From: an uncultured Candidatus Obscuribacterales bacterium
Lineage (GTDB): Bacteria; Cyanobacteriota; Vampirovibrionia; Obscuribacterales; Obscuribacteraceae
Assembly (NCBI GenBank): GCA_964606665.1
Contig: CAZSHS010000002.1
Coordinates: 3,487 to 67,486 of the forward strand
Length of the DNA stretch: 64,000 nt
Reading direction: 5' to 3'
Part shown: positions 19,643-29,691 of the stretch, in pieces
Layout: every line of letters starts with the position of its first letter
How positions within the stretch are numbered: the first letter of the stretch is position 1
Notes under the pieces: model-generated
What the model saw: only the letters and a program-made list of their open reading frames with translations
The model's database searches: none
Told to the model about the DNA's origin: nothing
Position numbers and translations under genes: made by a program

Positions 19643-21094
19643 GTGTTATTCAACAGCCTGCAATATCTTGTCTTCCTACCAGTAGTCTTCTTACTCTACT
19701 GGTTAGCTCCTCACAAAGCGCGCGTCGCATTGCTTCTTATAGCCAGCTACGTGTTCTACATGTCGTGGAAGCCAATGTATGGTCTTCTCATCGCAGGTTT
19801 GACCATAGGCAACTTCTTTTTGGTCAAACTACTCAACAAACAGCCTGAGCGCAAAAAACTCTGGCTTGGTCTAATCGTCGCCGCTAACTTACTTATGTTA
19901 GCAATATTTAAGTACACCACTTTCGCCTTCGACACTGTCAAAGACGGTCTCAATTTGATGCATATCGATTGGAAAGAACCGCACCTCAATATCATTTTGC
20001 CTCTAGGTATTTCCTTCTTCGTTTTCGAATTCATTCACTACGCAGTTGAAGTTTATAAAGGTAAGCCAGAAGTCAAAAGTCTTCCGCAGTTTGCACTTTT
20101 TGCTTCATTCTTCCCTACTCAAATTGCAGGTCCTATTAAGAGATACCAGGATTTCATTCCTCAGTTGGATTTGAAAGCAAAATTCAAATGGGAATATGTA
20201 GATGAAGGTATGCAGCTCATTTTGATGGGCCTGGCTAAAAAGGTTTTGATTGCAGATAACCTGGCTCTGGTTGTGCAAGCAGGATTTGCCCATCCAGAAA
20301 AATTCACATCTATAGATATGTGGATTTTGACTTATGCATTTGCATTTCAGATCTTTCTCGACTTTGCCGGTTACACCGATATCGCTCGCGGTTCAGCCTT
20401 GCTCTTTGGCTATAAAGTTCCAATAAACTTCAACTTGCCTTATCTTGCTGCAAACGTAGCCGACTTCTGGAACCGTTGGCACATAAGCCTTTCGACCTGG
20501 TTGAGAGACTATCTATTTATTCCACTAGGTGGTTCGCGTTGTGATCGCGTCAAAGTCTATCGCAATTTATTTATTACGATGGCTCTTGGTGGTCTCTGGC
20601 ATGGTGCTGCTATGCACTTCTTCTTGTGGGGCGTCTATCAGGGTGTGGTGCTAATTTTGCACCGCGAATGGCAGCGCGTAAGCGAGAAGCTTGGCATGAC
20701 CAAAGAAATCTTGGAAAACAAGTTCTATCACGCAGCTTCGGTTGTATTCACATTCCATGTAGTTTGTATCGGTTGGGTATTCTTCAGAGCTGAAACTTCT
20801 AAATCGGCTTTTGAAATAATTGGCAAACTGATGATGGCACCACAAGAATTGATGAATTTCAGCCTATCGCAATTAGAAGTGCTCAAGATTCGCGACCCAA
20901 TCATATTCCCAGCATTGGTCGTGCTCTTGCCTATCCTGATGATTTCGCATGTGGCTGTGAATTGGTTGAATAACAAACAGTTCTATCAAAAACCCGCATG
21001 GCCAGTACAAGTCGGCGTGATGGTGGCTTTAATGTGTCTTTTGACCATATTCAGTCCCGACTCATCACCTCGCTTCATCTACTTCCAGTTCTAA
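19643..21094 (+). CDS. MBOAT-family membrane O-acyltransferase (AlgI/DltB/PatA-like)
   Basis: Polytopic protein. N-terminus MLFNSLQYLVFLP. Conserved blocks FWNRWHISLSTWLRDYLFIPLGG and GLWHGA. GTG start. Confidence 0.9.
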   Translation: MLFNSLQYLVFLPVVFLLYWLAPHKARVALLLIASYVFYMSWKPMYGLLIAGLTIGNFFLVKLLNKQPERKKLWLGLIVAANLLMLAIFKYTTFAFDTVKDGLNLMHIDWKEPHLNIILPLGISFFVFEFIHYAVEVYKGKPEVKSLPQFALFASFFPTQIAGPIKRYQDFIPQLDLKAKFKWEYVDEGMQLILMGLAKKVLIADNLALVVQAGFAHPEKFTSIDMWILTYAFAFQIFLDFAGYTDIARGSALLFGYKVPINFNLPYLAANVADFWNRWHISLSTWLRDYLFIPLGGSRCDRVKVYRNLFITMALGGLWHGAAMHFFLWGVYQGVVLILHREWQRVSEKLGMTKEILENKFYHAASVVFTFHVVCIGWVFFRAETSKSAFEIIGKLMMAPQELMNFSLSQLEVLKIRDPIIFPALVVLLPILMISHVAVNWLNNKQFYQKPAWPVQVGVMVALMCLLTIFSPDSSPRFIYFQF

Positions 21095-21119
21095 CTAAAA
21101 GTAAGCGAGCGGGGAAATC

Positions 21120-22349
21120 ATGGCTAGTTCAGATATAAAAGATCTGAAACCAGAATCTCAAATCATTGCTCCCAGAGTACATCCGGAAGCCTATGAGATT
21201 CTAACGCCCAAATATCGCAAAGGGTCACTGTTTCTAGTTGCCTTCGCCATATTTGCGATTTTGAACGTCTCTATGATGTTTATAAATCCAATCAAGTTCA
21301 ATCGCGAGTTTTATCCATATCGCGGTTGGCTCTGGTGGATGGTAAACGACATCAAACCTCAGACAACCACATATGACGTGGCACTACTGGGCTCATCTGT
21401 AGTGGTGGCAGCGGTCACCACGGCTGATGCCACGAGTTCGGGTAAATCGCTTGACATAATTCTGCACCACAAATCTGAATATATGGACAAGCAATTAGCA
21501 ATAAACGGCTTACCTAAACAACAAACCCTAAACCTGAGCGGTCCTGGTCAAATGCCTTCCGATGCGCTTTTGATTTTTATGGCACTTAGCGATCATTTAA
21601 AAGAAGGCTCTACTGTGGTTTATGGTCTTGCGCCGCGCGACTTTTTTGATAGTTCATTTCAAAGCGCATCTGATACCGAATCATATAAGTATCTACGCCG
21701 CATGATCGAACTGAAACCAAGAGTCAATTCTCACTATCATCAGTATTTCTGGGACAAAGTAAACGCATTACTCGAGCGATGTGTCTATCTCTATGATAGA
21801 TCGACAGAGATTCAAACCAAATGGTTTCATAATTTAGAAAACTTTTTGATCAAAATTTTCCCCAATTACGAAAACACTACTTTCAATTACTGGGACAGGA
21901 AAGCTCTTTTGCCGGCATATAAAGGTGCGGAGTTTCACCCCAGAGCCTCCATGTGCGCCCCGGAGGATCTTTCAAAACCACACGAATTTATTGATAATAC
22001 TTTTGAGTATTTCTTGCGTTACAGAAGACCAAATCCTGCGGTCTTTGATGCTCAATTGTATTTCTTGCGCCAGCTTTCTGAGCAGTGCAAAGAAAAGAAA
22101 GCCAAGCTCATCATAGTCAATATGCCTATCACTGAAGTGAACATGGCGCTTCTGCCCAGGCACCACTACCAAAACTATATGACTGCACTTAGAGATTTTT
22201 CTAAAACATTCGATGTCAAATTCATCGATTTAAACAATCCTAAAGTATTTCCTAAAACAGACTTCAGAGATGGAGTGCACATGAATGCGCGCGGCGGAAT
22301 GAAATTCATCGAATTGGTAGCGCCTGAAATTGCAGGTACCAGAAAATGA
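21120..22349 (+). CDS. Membrane-anchored DltD/SGNH-like protein, paralog 1 (putative partner of the MBOAT)
   Basis: One N-terminal TM helix. Ser block ALLGSS, shared block GLAPRDFFD, and C-terminal D-x-x-H (DGVHMNARGG). Confidence 0.5.
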   Translation: MASSDIKDLKPESQIIAPRVHPEAYEILTPKYRKGSLFLVAFAIFAILNVSMMFINPIKFNREFYPYRGWLWWMVNDIKPQTTTYDVALLGSSVVVAAVTTADATSSGKSLDIILHHKSEYMDKQLAINGLPKQQTLNLSGPGQMPSDALLIFMALSDHLKEGSTVVYGLAPRDFFDSSFQSASDTESYKYLRRMIELKPRVNSHYHQYFWDKVNALLERCVYLYDRSTEIQTKWFHNLENFLIKIFPNYENTTFNYWDRKALLPAYKGAEFHPRASMCAPEDLSKPHEFIDNTFEYFLRYRRPNPAVFDAQLYFLRQLSEQCKEKKAKLIIVNMPITEVNMALLPRHHYQNYMTALRDFSKTFDVKFIDLNNPKVFPKTDFRDGVHMNARGGMKFIELVAPEIAGTRK

Positions 22350-23650
22350 ATCAAGAAAAAAACCAATACAAAAAATGGTATGCCACCACATTTCTTTCGA
22401 CCATGATTGGCTATTCTTTGGTCAATCTGCTCTTTGTAAATCTGATTTTCCAGCCCAAGCAAGAAATGACGGCTGAGACAATTACATCCAGTCCCAGTGA
22501 AAAAAGACAAGAAGGCAACTGGATCTGGTGGGTCACTCGCAACTATCTTGTCAAACACCCAGATGCTGAAATTGCATTGATGGGAAGCTCACAAATGGCA
22601 TCAGCTAGTTTTGCAATTGAATCAGATTCGCAAAACGTAAATGTAGATTGTGTCACAGACAAAAATAGCCGCTTTTTATCACAACTGGTAAAAGAGCGCA
22701 CAGGCGTAGACACTCATACATGTTTGTTCGCTCTTGGCGGAGCAATGATTTCGGATCAATATATTATTGCCAAGACTTTGTTCAACGACAAGCACAAGCC
22801 AAAGTTAATAGTGCTTGGTGTCAATCCGCGCGATTTCATCGATAACCTCATGCCATCATGCGCATCGACCGAGACATTTCATTTCTTGTCTCCTTATACA
22901 GATTTGAGCAAGTTTGCTGAAGTCAACTTCAACAGTATTTTCACTAGAATGGACTGGACCATAAATGAAAAGCTGCCACTAAAGCGTCTCAAAACCACAG
23001 TGGCTCAGGGCATTAAAACTGCCGGCGACAAAATGCTTAACAGATTTGGCTTAACTATAAACGAAGACAAAGACTTGGTCGCAAAAGACGATACTCAAGC
23101 AAGTGAAGGCACCGATGATGTTGAAGCGAAAACTGGTAATGCAGCCATACTTAATGCCATCTTCGGAAAGCTCTCTGAAGTAAAACCAGCGACCCAAATA
23201 ATACATCCTGGAATGTACTATGATTTCATGGACAATATGCGCGAATACGGTAAACGTTATAAAAGCGCTGATGTGCCTATGTTTACGGCACAGAAAAAAT
23301 ATTTCGAAGAGTTTTTGACTTACTGCAAAGAACAGAACATAAAGGTAGTAGTGGTTGGAATGCCTAACATGTGGCCAAACCGAGAACTACTTCCAGAAAC
23401 GTTCTGGACTACTTTTAAAACTTATGTCAGTGATACTTGTCTCAAACACGACGCTGTTTTTGTAGACCATTTAGACGATGACAAATTATTTGTCACCAAC
23501 GACTATATTGACTGTGTCCACATGAATCAGCATGGAGGCAGAAAACTTTTGACTTCGATTGCTGATGCAATTGCAAAAAATCAGAAAACAGCCCAAGCAC
23601 TTGGCGCACCAAGTACAGTGGCAGAGCGTAAAAATCAAAACAATCTCTAG
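22346..23650 (+). CDS. Membrane-anchored DltD/SGNH-like protein, paralog 2
   Basis: ATGA start/stop overlap with paralog 1. Carries the same three blocks (ALMGSS, GVNPRDFID, DCVHMNQHGG). Confidence 0.5.
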   Translation: MNQEKNQYKKWYATTFLSTMIGYSLVNLLFVNLIFQPKQEMTAETITSSPSEKRQEGNWIWWVTRNYLVKHPDAEIALMGSSQMASASFAIESDSQNVNVDCVTDKNSRFLSQLVKERTGVDTHTCLFALGGAMISDQYIIAKTLFNDKHKPKLIVLGVNPRDFIDNLMPSCASTETFHFLSPYTDLSKFAEVNFNSIFTRMDWTINEKLPLKRLKTTVAQGIKTAGDKMLNRFGLTINEDKDLVAKDDTQASEGTDDVEAKTGNAAILNAIFGKLSEVKPATQIIHPGMYYDFMDNMREYGKRYKSADVPMFTAQKKYFEEFLTYCKEQNIKVVVVGMPNMWPNRELLPETFWTTFKTYVSDTCLKHDAVFVDHLDDDKLFVTNDYIDCVHMNQHGGRKLLTSIADAIAKNQKTAQALGAPSTVAERKNQNNL

Positions 23651-24862
23651 TTATCTGGACTTTCTTTTCTTAGACGTTTTTTTAGTCTGTTCTTCGGCAG
23701 GCTCTTTAGTGTCAGTCTTTTCTTCATTCAGCACAGGAGTCAAAACTGGCGTTGCAGAGGGTGCAGACTGAGATGAGGTTGCTTGCGCTTCATCTATTTG
23801 AAAACGCCCCAAGATTGGTGCATGCGAACCGCCAAGGCTGTTTGGCTTGACTGAGTACTTTTTCACTTCGATATTTTGACTGACTAAAAAATGATCTACT
23901 GGAAATCTATTGATTACAATGTCTGTAGGTCCAAAATGCAAGTTAGGATTGAAGCCATTGCCTATGCGACCATCTGCTAAATTGTAAGTTTTTATCAAAT
24001 TCGCAAATGCAGCACCATAAGGTGCGACATTGAATAATCCAGTCACAACGACAGGTCCTTGCAATTGCGAAACTTCTTTGCCGACTGCATCTAAATAAGC
24101 GTTTCTCTTTTTGAAGGACGCTGCATCACTTGGAGCTGGAGCGCTTAAAGCTACGACATTACAATTGCCAAATTCGAATTTAACTTTGGCCATAACCATG
24201 GGGAACTTGTCTGGTCCCACTTTCTTCACTTGCATGTCGCTCATTGGATGATTGCAAAAGATACCAATACCGGTGCCTTTTGCATCAGGAAATTCGCCAC
24301 CTCTGTGATAAAAAGGTAATTGTTCGTTCAAGTGTCTAGACGACTCTTCATCTAGATTTTCGACGCAAAAAATATCCGGACCCAATTCTTGCACTTGCTT
24401 GACGATTTCTTCGTAAGCCTTTTTATTCTCCAAATTAGTTTGCAGAATTTGAAAACTCAAAAAATCTTTGGCATCAGCTTTTTGTTTCACCGGCAACAAC
24501 ATTGGCGAGACGAGGGCTACATTTGCCCCTGCTAAAATTACAAGTAAAAGTGATACCAGTCTAAGCGAGCGCGTAAACAAAAATGGCAGTGCACTGATTA
24601 AAAGAATAATCACCACCTGACAGCGCAGACTGGCGCACATCTCGGCCAACCAGCCGATATCGCCTTCGGCACTTGCAAGCGAAACAAATCCTAGGCAACT
24701 AACAATGATACCAATCAAAGCAAGCGGCGCCATCATCAAAGAAAATTCCATCGCAGCTTTAGGCTCTTTCGCCTTACCGCTTTTGCTCTGGTCGCCTGCA
24801 GCGTCCATCACATGAGTTTGAATGTCCTCTTGATTGCTCAAGCTATCAAAACTATCAGACAC
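23651..24862 (-). CDS. Membrane-anchored endonuclease/exonuclease/phosphatase (EEP)-family protein
   Basis: N-terminal TM helices. EEP-like blocks FQILQTNLEN...ELGPDIFCVENL and C-terminal VDHFLVS. Its stop codon directly abuts the stop of 22346-23650. Confidence 0.6.
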   Translation of the reverse strand: MSDSFDSLSNQEDIQTHVMDAAGDQSKSGKAKEPKAAMEFSLMMAPLALIGIIVSCLGFVSLASAEGDIGWLAEMCASLRCQVVIILLISALPFLFTRSLRLVSLLLVILAGANVALVSPMLLPVKQKADAKDFLSFQILQTNLENKKAYEEIVKQVQELGPDIFCVENLDEESSRHLNEQLPFYHRGGEFPDAKGTGIGIFCNHPMSDMQVKKVGPDKFPMVMAKVKFEFGNCNVVALSAPAPSDAASFKKRNAYLDAVGKEVSQLQGPVVVTGLFNVAPYGAAFANLIKTYNLADGRIGNGFNPNLHFGPTDIVINRFPVDHFLVSQNIEVKKYSVKPNSLGGSHAPILGRFQIDEAQATSSQSAPSATPVLTPVLNEEKTDTKEPAEEQTKKTSKKRKSR

Positions 24863-24911
24863 ATCTCACCTCAGAAATCCCTCAAATTTATACCCAATTT
24901 TTATTTTGATC

Positions 24912-26231
24912 TTAATGCGACCAGTATCCTTTTTGCAGCTCTTGCAAAAGATAATCGAGGTCATCACGCACCCATCCTTCCTTAACTACTCGACTGCCAC
25001 CTGGCGGCCAGACCGGTTCTTCGCCAAATAAATCCTGGTCGAGATTATCCAGGTAAATTTTTTGCATATGCTGTGCTTGAATCTTCTTTTTATCGGCATA
25101 AAGCCAGTTGAGAATTAAAAGTCTCGATATCATACTGTCTGAATTGGCGTCCACCGCTTTCATCACATAAGTGCGAGCGCCGGACTGATCACCTTCTTTG
25201 CTCAGCCATCGAGCCATTTCTAAGCTCATTTTGTAATTAGTTGGCAAATAGTCACAGGCTTTTGCTAGTGCCTCAATTGCCTCTTTGTGCATACCCTGGT
25301 GATAAAGCGCCTCAGCTCGCGCCTGCCAGAGCCTGCTTGCAGCAGCACCCGAATGAAAGAGCGCGCTTTTGACGGGCGAGAATATCATTTGTCCAGCTTT
25401 TGTCTGCATTGAGTCCGCCAGAGCAAATTCACGCTTAGCTAAATCGCCATGTTTTTGTCTTGCTTCTTTCTGACTCAAGAAATAGTGTTTGTGCGTATCT
25501 AAGTAAAGACAAGTAGAAATAGTAAAATCAAAAAATATGATAATAAATGCACATGAACCAATGAGCGGGACATATTCTTCCAGTCTGAACAAAAGTCGGC
25601 CAAAGTTTTTTTCGCTCAAGCTATTCTGGCGAACGATGAGCTTCTCCAGTCGTTGACTAAGTTTAATTTGACGGTCTTTAATCAAATTGAAAAACTTGCG
25701 CTGATTGCCAGGTGATGTAGCGCTAATTGGGACTTTGAATAATATTTGACCGCTTCGAGCTTTGCCATTTTTGTAAATGGGTGAAGCAATTGAATTGGAA
25801 TAAAAAATCAGATTGCCAAAAAAAGAAAGCTCTATCAAACTTATCTCAGAAAATGGCACCATTTGATTTCCAAGCAAAAAACCTTCGTTGTGAACATATT
25901 TGCCAATTGGATTGGATTCGCCACCTTTGGTGCAAGTTTCAAGCCAGATTCTATAAGGCATGATGGGATGTTCGAAAAAGAGCGGGCAAAAGAAATGACA
26001 ACCAAATGCGCTTTCTTGAAACGATAGAAACAAATGTGCACAAAAAAGAATAAGCGGCGCAAGAGCAAAAGAAAGCGTAAATAAATCAAGTGCAAACCAG
26101 AAATCGTTGGCAAAAAAAACGATGAATAAAAGCCCATAGAAGACCACAGCCACTTTGACCAGGCTGTAGAGCTTGTGCGAAAGGGATGTACCAATCAGCT
26201 CGGGATAGATCTTTTCTTCTTCAGCGCTCAT
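24912..26231 (-). CDS. Polytopic membrane protein with C-terminal TPR-like repeats
   Basis: Several hydrophobic helices in the N-terminal two thirds. TPR-like helices AEALYHQGMHKEAIEALAKACDYLPTNYKMSLEMARWLSKEGD. Divergent from pilB. Confidence 0.55.
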   Translation of the reverse strand: MSAEEEKIYPELIGTSLSHKLYSLVKVAVVFYGLLFIVFFANDFWFALDLFTLSFALAPLILFCAHLFLSFQESAFGCHFFCPLFFEHPIMPYRIWLETCTKGGESNPIGKYVHNEGFLLGNQMVPFSEISLIELSFFGNLIFYSNSIASPIYKNGKARSGQILFKVPISATSPGNQRKFFNLIKDRQIKLSQRLEKLIVRQNSLSEKNFGRLLFRLEEYVPLIGSCAFIIIFFDFTISTCLYLDTHKHYFLSQKEARQKHGDLAKREFALADSMQTKAGQMIFSPVKSALFHSGAAASRLWQARAEALYHQGMHKEAIEALAKACDYLPTNYKMSLEMARWLSKEGDQSGARTYVMKAVDANSDSMISRLLILNWLYADKKKIQAQHMQKIYLDNLDQDLFGEEPVWPPGGSRVVKEGWVRDDLDYLLQELQKGYWSH

Positions 26232-26347
26232 TTAAGCTTTTTATCTCTGCATTCATTCATACCTTATAGTAAGCAGTATTAAGCTTTGAAAGTGGGGAAT
26301 ATTTTCACTAGACCACATCTAGCGTTTCTCCTGGAATTTTCGGCAAC

Positions 26348-28447
26348 ATGGCTCTAATAAAGAAAGAAATAGGCGAATTACTGGTCGACAATGGGCTCAT
26401 TACTTCAGACGAGCTCAAACTGGTCCAGCAGGAACGTCTCAAAACTGGCGAGCCGATAAGTCTCATTTTGTCGCGCCTGGGATTAGCCAACGAGAAGCAC
26501 CTGAAAAACGCTCTAGAACTGCAATTTGGGGTGGGCTACGTTTCTCTTTCCAAGCTCAGTCCAGATACAAGCTGCCTCAATATGCTGCCAGAAAAACTGA
26601 TGCGTCAGCACCAGGTTGTGCCCGTTGGACAGACCGATAATAAACTAACTCTAGCAATGGTCAATCCCAGTAACTTGCTTGCTTTAGACGACGTGCGCTA
26701 CAGACTCAAAGGCATTTCGGTCCATCCAGCCGTTTGTACCGAAGACGATTTCCAACATTTTATGGAAACGGTTTATGCAGCCAATCGCAAACAGGAAGAC
26801 GATTTGCGCCAGTCGGGTGACACATCGATTCTTGACCAAGAAGTAGATTTGGGTTCTCTTGATGTCGCACAAGAATTAACTGAAGAAATTAATGACTTGG
26901 ACCTGGCCAGACAAGCACAGGATGCACCTGTAGTTCGACTAGCCAGTCAAATTCTAGCCAAAGCCATTCAAAAGGCTTGCTCAGATGTGCATATAGAACC
27001 CCAAGACAAGGCAATCTCGCTGCGTTATAGATTGGACGGTGTTTTGTATGCAGACAAAAGTTTGCCTAAAGTTGTTCATCCAGCCTTGATTTCGCGTTTT
27101 AAAATCATGGCAGATTTAGATATTGCCGAGCGCAGATTACCTCAGGACGGACGTATCCGTGTTCGGTTCAATGGCAAAGATGTCGATTTTCGTGTTTCGA
27201 CCATTCCCACAAAACACGGTGAGAAGCTGGTCATGCGTCAATTAGACAAGTCTGCCACCAATCTTGGACTGGAGAAATTAATCACCGAACCAGAAGCTTT
27301 AGAAATGATTCGCGAGATGATCAAAAAGCCTTACGGAATTATTTTTGTAACTGGACCAACTGGTTCTGGTAAAACGACTACATTGTATTCGGCTCTAGCT
27401 GAGCGTAACACACCTGAAGTAAATATCTGTACGGCTGAAGATCCAATTGAATATGAAATGTCAGGCATTACTCAAGTGCAGGTTCTGCGTGAAAAGGGTC
27501 TTGATTTTGCCAAGATTCTGCGTCACTTCTTGCGACAAGATCCAGACATCATGCTTGTAGGAGAAACGCGCGACAGAGAAACGGCAAAAATAGCCGTAGA
27601 AGCAGCGCTCACCGGTCACTTGGTATTCACCACCCTTCACACAAACGACGCACCTGGCGCTATTACCAGATTATCTGAAATGGAAGTGGACCCATATTTG
27701 GTGGCATCAGCAACCATTGGTGTAATTGCGCAGCGACTATTGCGATCAATTTGCGAAGATTGTGCTCAAGATTATGTCCCTGAATTAGCCACTCTTCGCT
27801 ACCTAGGACTCTTAGATAAAGAACAAGAACATATTGCTGCTTCAAGCGTTGCATACTACAAAATGCGTTTGAATGAAAACAACATGCCCGTTTTCAGACA
27901 ATCAAAAGGGTGCGAAAGCTGTAATGGCACCGGATATAAAAATCGAATTGGCGTGTTTGAAGTTATGCGCTTAAACGATGATATTCGCGAGCTGATATGC
28001 AAAGGCTCACCAACAGCCATGATACGCCTTGCAGCCAAACAGTCCGGTATGGTACCTCTAAAAGATTACAGCATACGACTTGTGGCACAAGGCAAAACCA
28101 CTGTTGAAGAAGTCGTGCGTGTTACTCTTGCCGACAATTCAGGTGATGACAAACTGTGCACCAAGTGTCGCAATCCAATTACAGACGATTTTGTAAAATG
28201 TCCTTTCTGTCAGCACGATTTAAAAATTTCTTGCCTGCGTTGCGGCACATTGCAAAAAGAAGATTGGACTTCTTGTCCCAAATGTGGCTTAACTGCTGCT
28301 GAAGCATCAGAAGAATTATCCTGTCACAATTGTCATGCTGAAGTTATGGGAAGCTGGACTAATTGTCCATATTGTTTTGCGCCAAAAAATGGTACTACAA
28401 GCCAATCTAATTACGATTCTATTAGCGGCAAAAAGAAAAAGAAGTGA
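26348..28447 (+). CDS. pilB: Type IV pilus assembly ATPase PilB/GspE family with a C-terminal zinc-ribbon extension
   Basis: T2SSE_N-like N-terminus. Walker A GPTGSGKTT, Walker B IMLVGETRD, His box TGHLVFTTLHTND, and a core tetracysteine CEDC...CESC. Six further CxxC pairs follow. Confidence 0.9.
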   Translation: MALIKKEIGELLVDNGLITSDELKLVQQERLKTGEPISLILSRLGLANEKHLKNALELQFGVGYVSLSKLSPDTSCLNMLPEKLMRQHQVVPVGQTDNKLTLAMVNPSNLLALDDVRYRLKGISVHPAVCTEDDFQHFMETVYAANRKQEDDLRQSGDTSILDQEVDLGSLDVAQELTEEINDLDLARQAQDAPVVRLASQILAKAIQKACSDVHIEPQDKAISLRYRLDGVLYADKSLPKVVHPALISRFKIMADLDIAERRLPQDGRIRVRFNGKDVDFRVSTIPTKHGEKLVMRQLDKSATNLGLEKLITEPEALEMIREMIKKPYGIIFVTGPTGSGKTTTLYSALAERNTPEVNICTAEDPIEYEMSGITQVQVLREKGLDFAKILRHFLRQDPDIMLVGETRDRETAKIAVEAALTGHLVFTTLHTNDAPGAITRLSEMEVDPYLVASATIGVIAQRLLRSICEDCAQDYVPELATLRYLGLLDKEQEHIAASSVAYYKMRLNENNMPVFRQSKGCESCNGTGYKNRIGVFEVMRLNDDIRELICKGSPTAMIRLAAKQSGMVPLKDYSIRLVAQGKTTVEEVVRVTLADNSGDDKLCTKCRNPITDDFVKCPFCQHDLKISCLRCGTLQKEDWTSCPKCGLTAAEASEELSCHNCHAEVMGSWTNCPYCFAPKNGTTSQSNYDSISGKKKKK

Positions 28448-28453
28448 GTTAAG

Positions 28454-29671
28454 ATGAGCCCTCAAGATATTGAATTACCCGAAATCGTACAGTTAGTGCT
28501 CGATCGCGGGGCGTCGGATTTACATTTAAAGCCCGGGCAGCCACCAATTATTCGGGTATCTGGTGAGCTCATTCGCACACCGCTTCCAGAAATGCAAAAG
28601 GGAGATGTGGAAGAATTAGTCTATCCATACTTAAGTGACGACCAGAAAAAACATTTAATCGAAACCTGCGAGCTAGATTTTAGTTTTGGAATCGAAGGTC
28701 TTGGTCGTTTCAGAGCAAACATATATAAGGACCGAGGAGCTATAGCTGCCGCCTTTCGCGTAATCAACACTCAAATTCCATCCATACTCGACTTAGGTTT
28801 GCCTGAAATCTGTATTGATCTGACGAGTAGACCGCGCGGATTGGTACTGGTCACCGGTCCCACAGGATCTGGCAAATCAACTTCGCTTGCATCAATGATT
28901 GATCATATAAATATGAATCAATCTCAACACATTTTGACAGTCGAAGACCCAATTGAATTTTTGCATCGAGACAAAAAATCTGTCATCTCTCAGCGCGAAT
29001 TAGGAACTGACACCAAATCTTTTACAAACGCTCTACGAGCAGCTTTACGTGAAGATCCAGACGTCATATTAGTGGGTGAGATGCGAGATCTCGAAACTAT
29101 TCATCTGGCACTTACAGCATCTGAAACAGGACATCTGGTATTTAGCACGGTGCACACAAGTTCGGCTGCTCAAAGTTTAGATCGTATTATTGATGCCTTT
29201 CCATCCGACCAGCAGGCTCAAATAAGGGTAATGCTGTCGACTAGTTTGCTTGCCATTGTCTCTCAAACTTTGATACCAAGAATGGAGGAAACGCAAGGAG
29301 GTAGTCCAGTAACAAAGGGCAGGGTCATTGCCTGCGAAGTATTGATGAATACTCCGGCTGTAGCAAACTTGATTCGTGAAGCAAAAACTGAGCAATTATA
29401 TTCGGCTATGCAAATGGGTGCTAAACAAGGCATGCAAACTCTTGAACAATCGCTTGCTCGACTAGTAAAACAAAATACAATTTCAGAAGCCGAAGCGATG
29501 GGCAAGACCAGTCGTCAAAACGAACTAGCTCAATTAATAGGAAGCCTTGGCACCACTGGTGCTGGCACTCAATCGCAGATGAATTCATACTCAAATCAAA
29601 ATCCACCCCTGAATCCGCCATTGGAGCGGGACAAAGAAAGAGAAAAGAAAAGTCTTTTCGGACGCTTATAA
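28454..29671 (+). CDS. pilT: Twitching-motility retraction ATPase PilT
   Basis: GASDLHL N-terminus, Walker A GPTGSGKST, ILVGEMRD and TGHLVFSTVHT. No T2SSE_N domain. Confidence 0.9.
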   Translation: MSPQDIELPEIVQLVLDRGASDLHLKPGQPPIIRVSGELIRTPLPEMQKGDVEELVYPYLSDDQKKHLIETCELDFSFGIEGLGRFRANIYKDRGAIAAAFRVINTQIPSILDLGLPEICIDLTSRPRGLVLVTGPTGSGKSTSLASMIDHINMNQSQHILTVEDPIEFLHRDKKSVISQRELGTDTKSFTNALRAALREDPDVILVGEMRDLETIHLALTASETGHLVFSTVHTSSAAQSLDRIIDAFPSDQQAQIRVMLSTSLLAIVSQTLIPRMEETQGGSPVTKGRVIACEVLMNTPAVANLIREAKTEQLYSAMQMGAKQGMQTLEQSLARLVKQNTISEAEAMGKTSRQNELAQLIGSLGTTGAGTQSQMNSYSNQNPPLNPPLERDKEREKKSLFGRL

Positions 29672-29691
29672 CCTAAGACTAAAGTTTTGCC

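Noticed and set aside
19600-19848. 82-aa ORF overlapping the start of the MBOAT gene in another frame
   Set aside because: It has no motifs and is fully overlapped by the strongly supported MBOAT reading frame.
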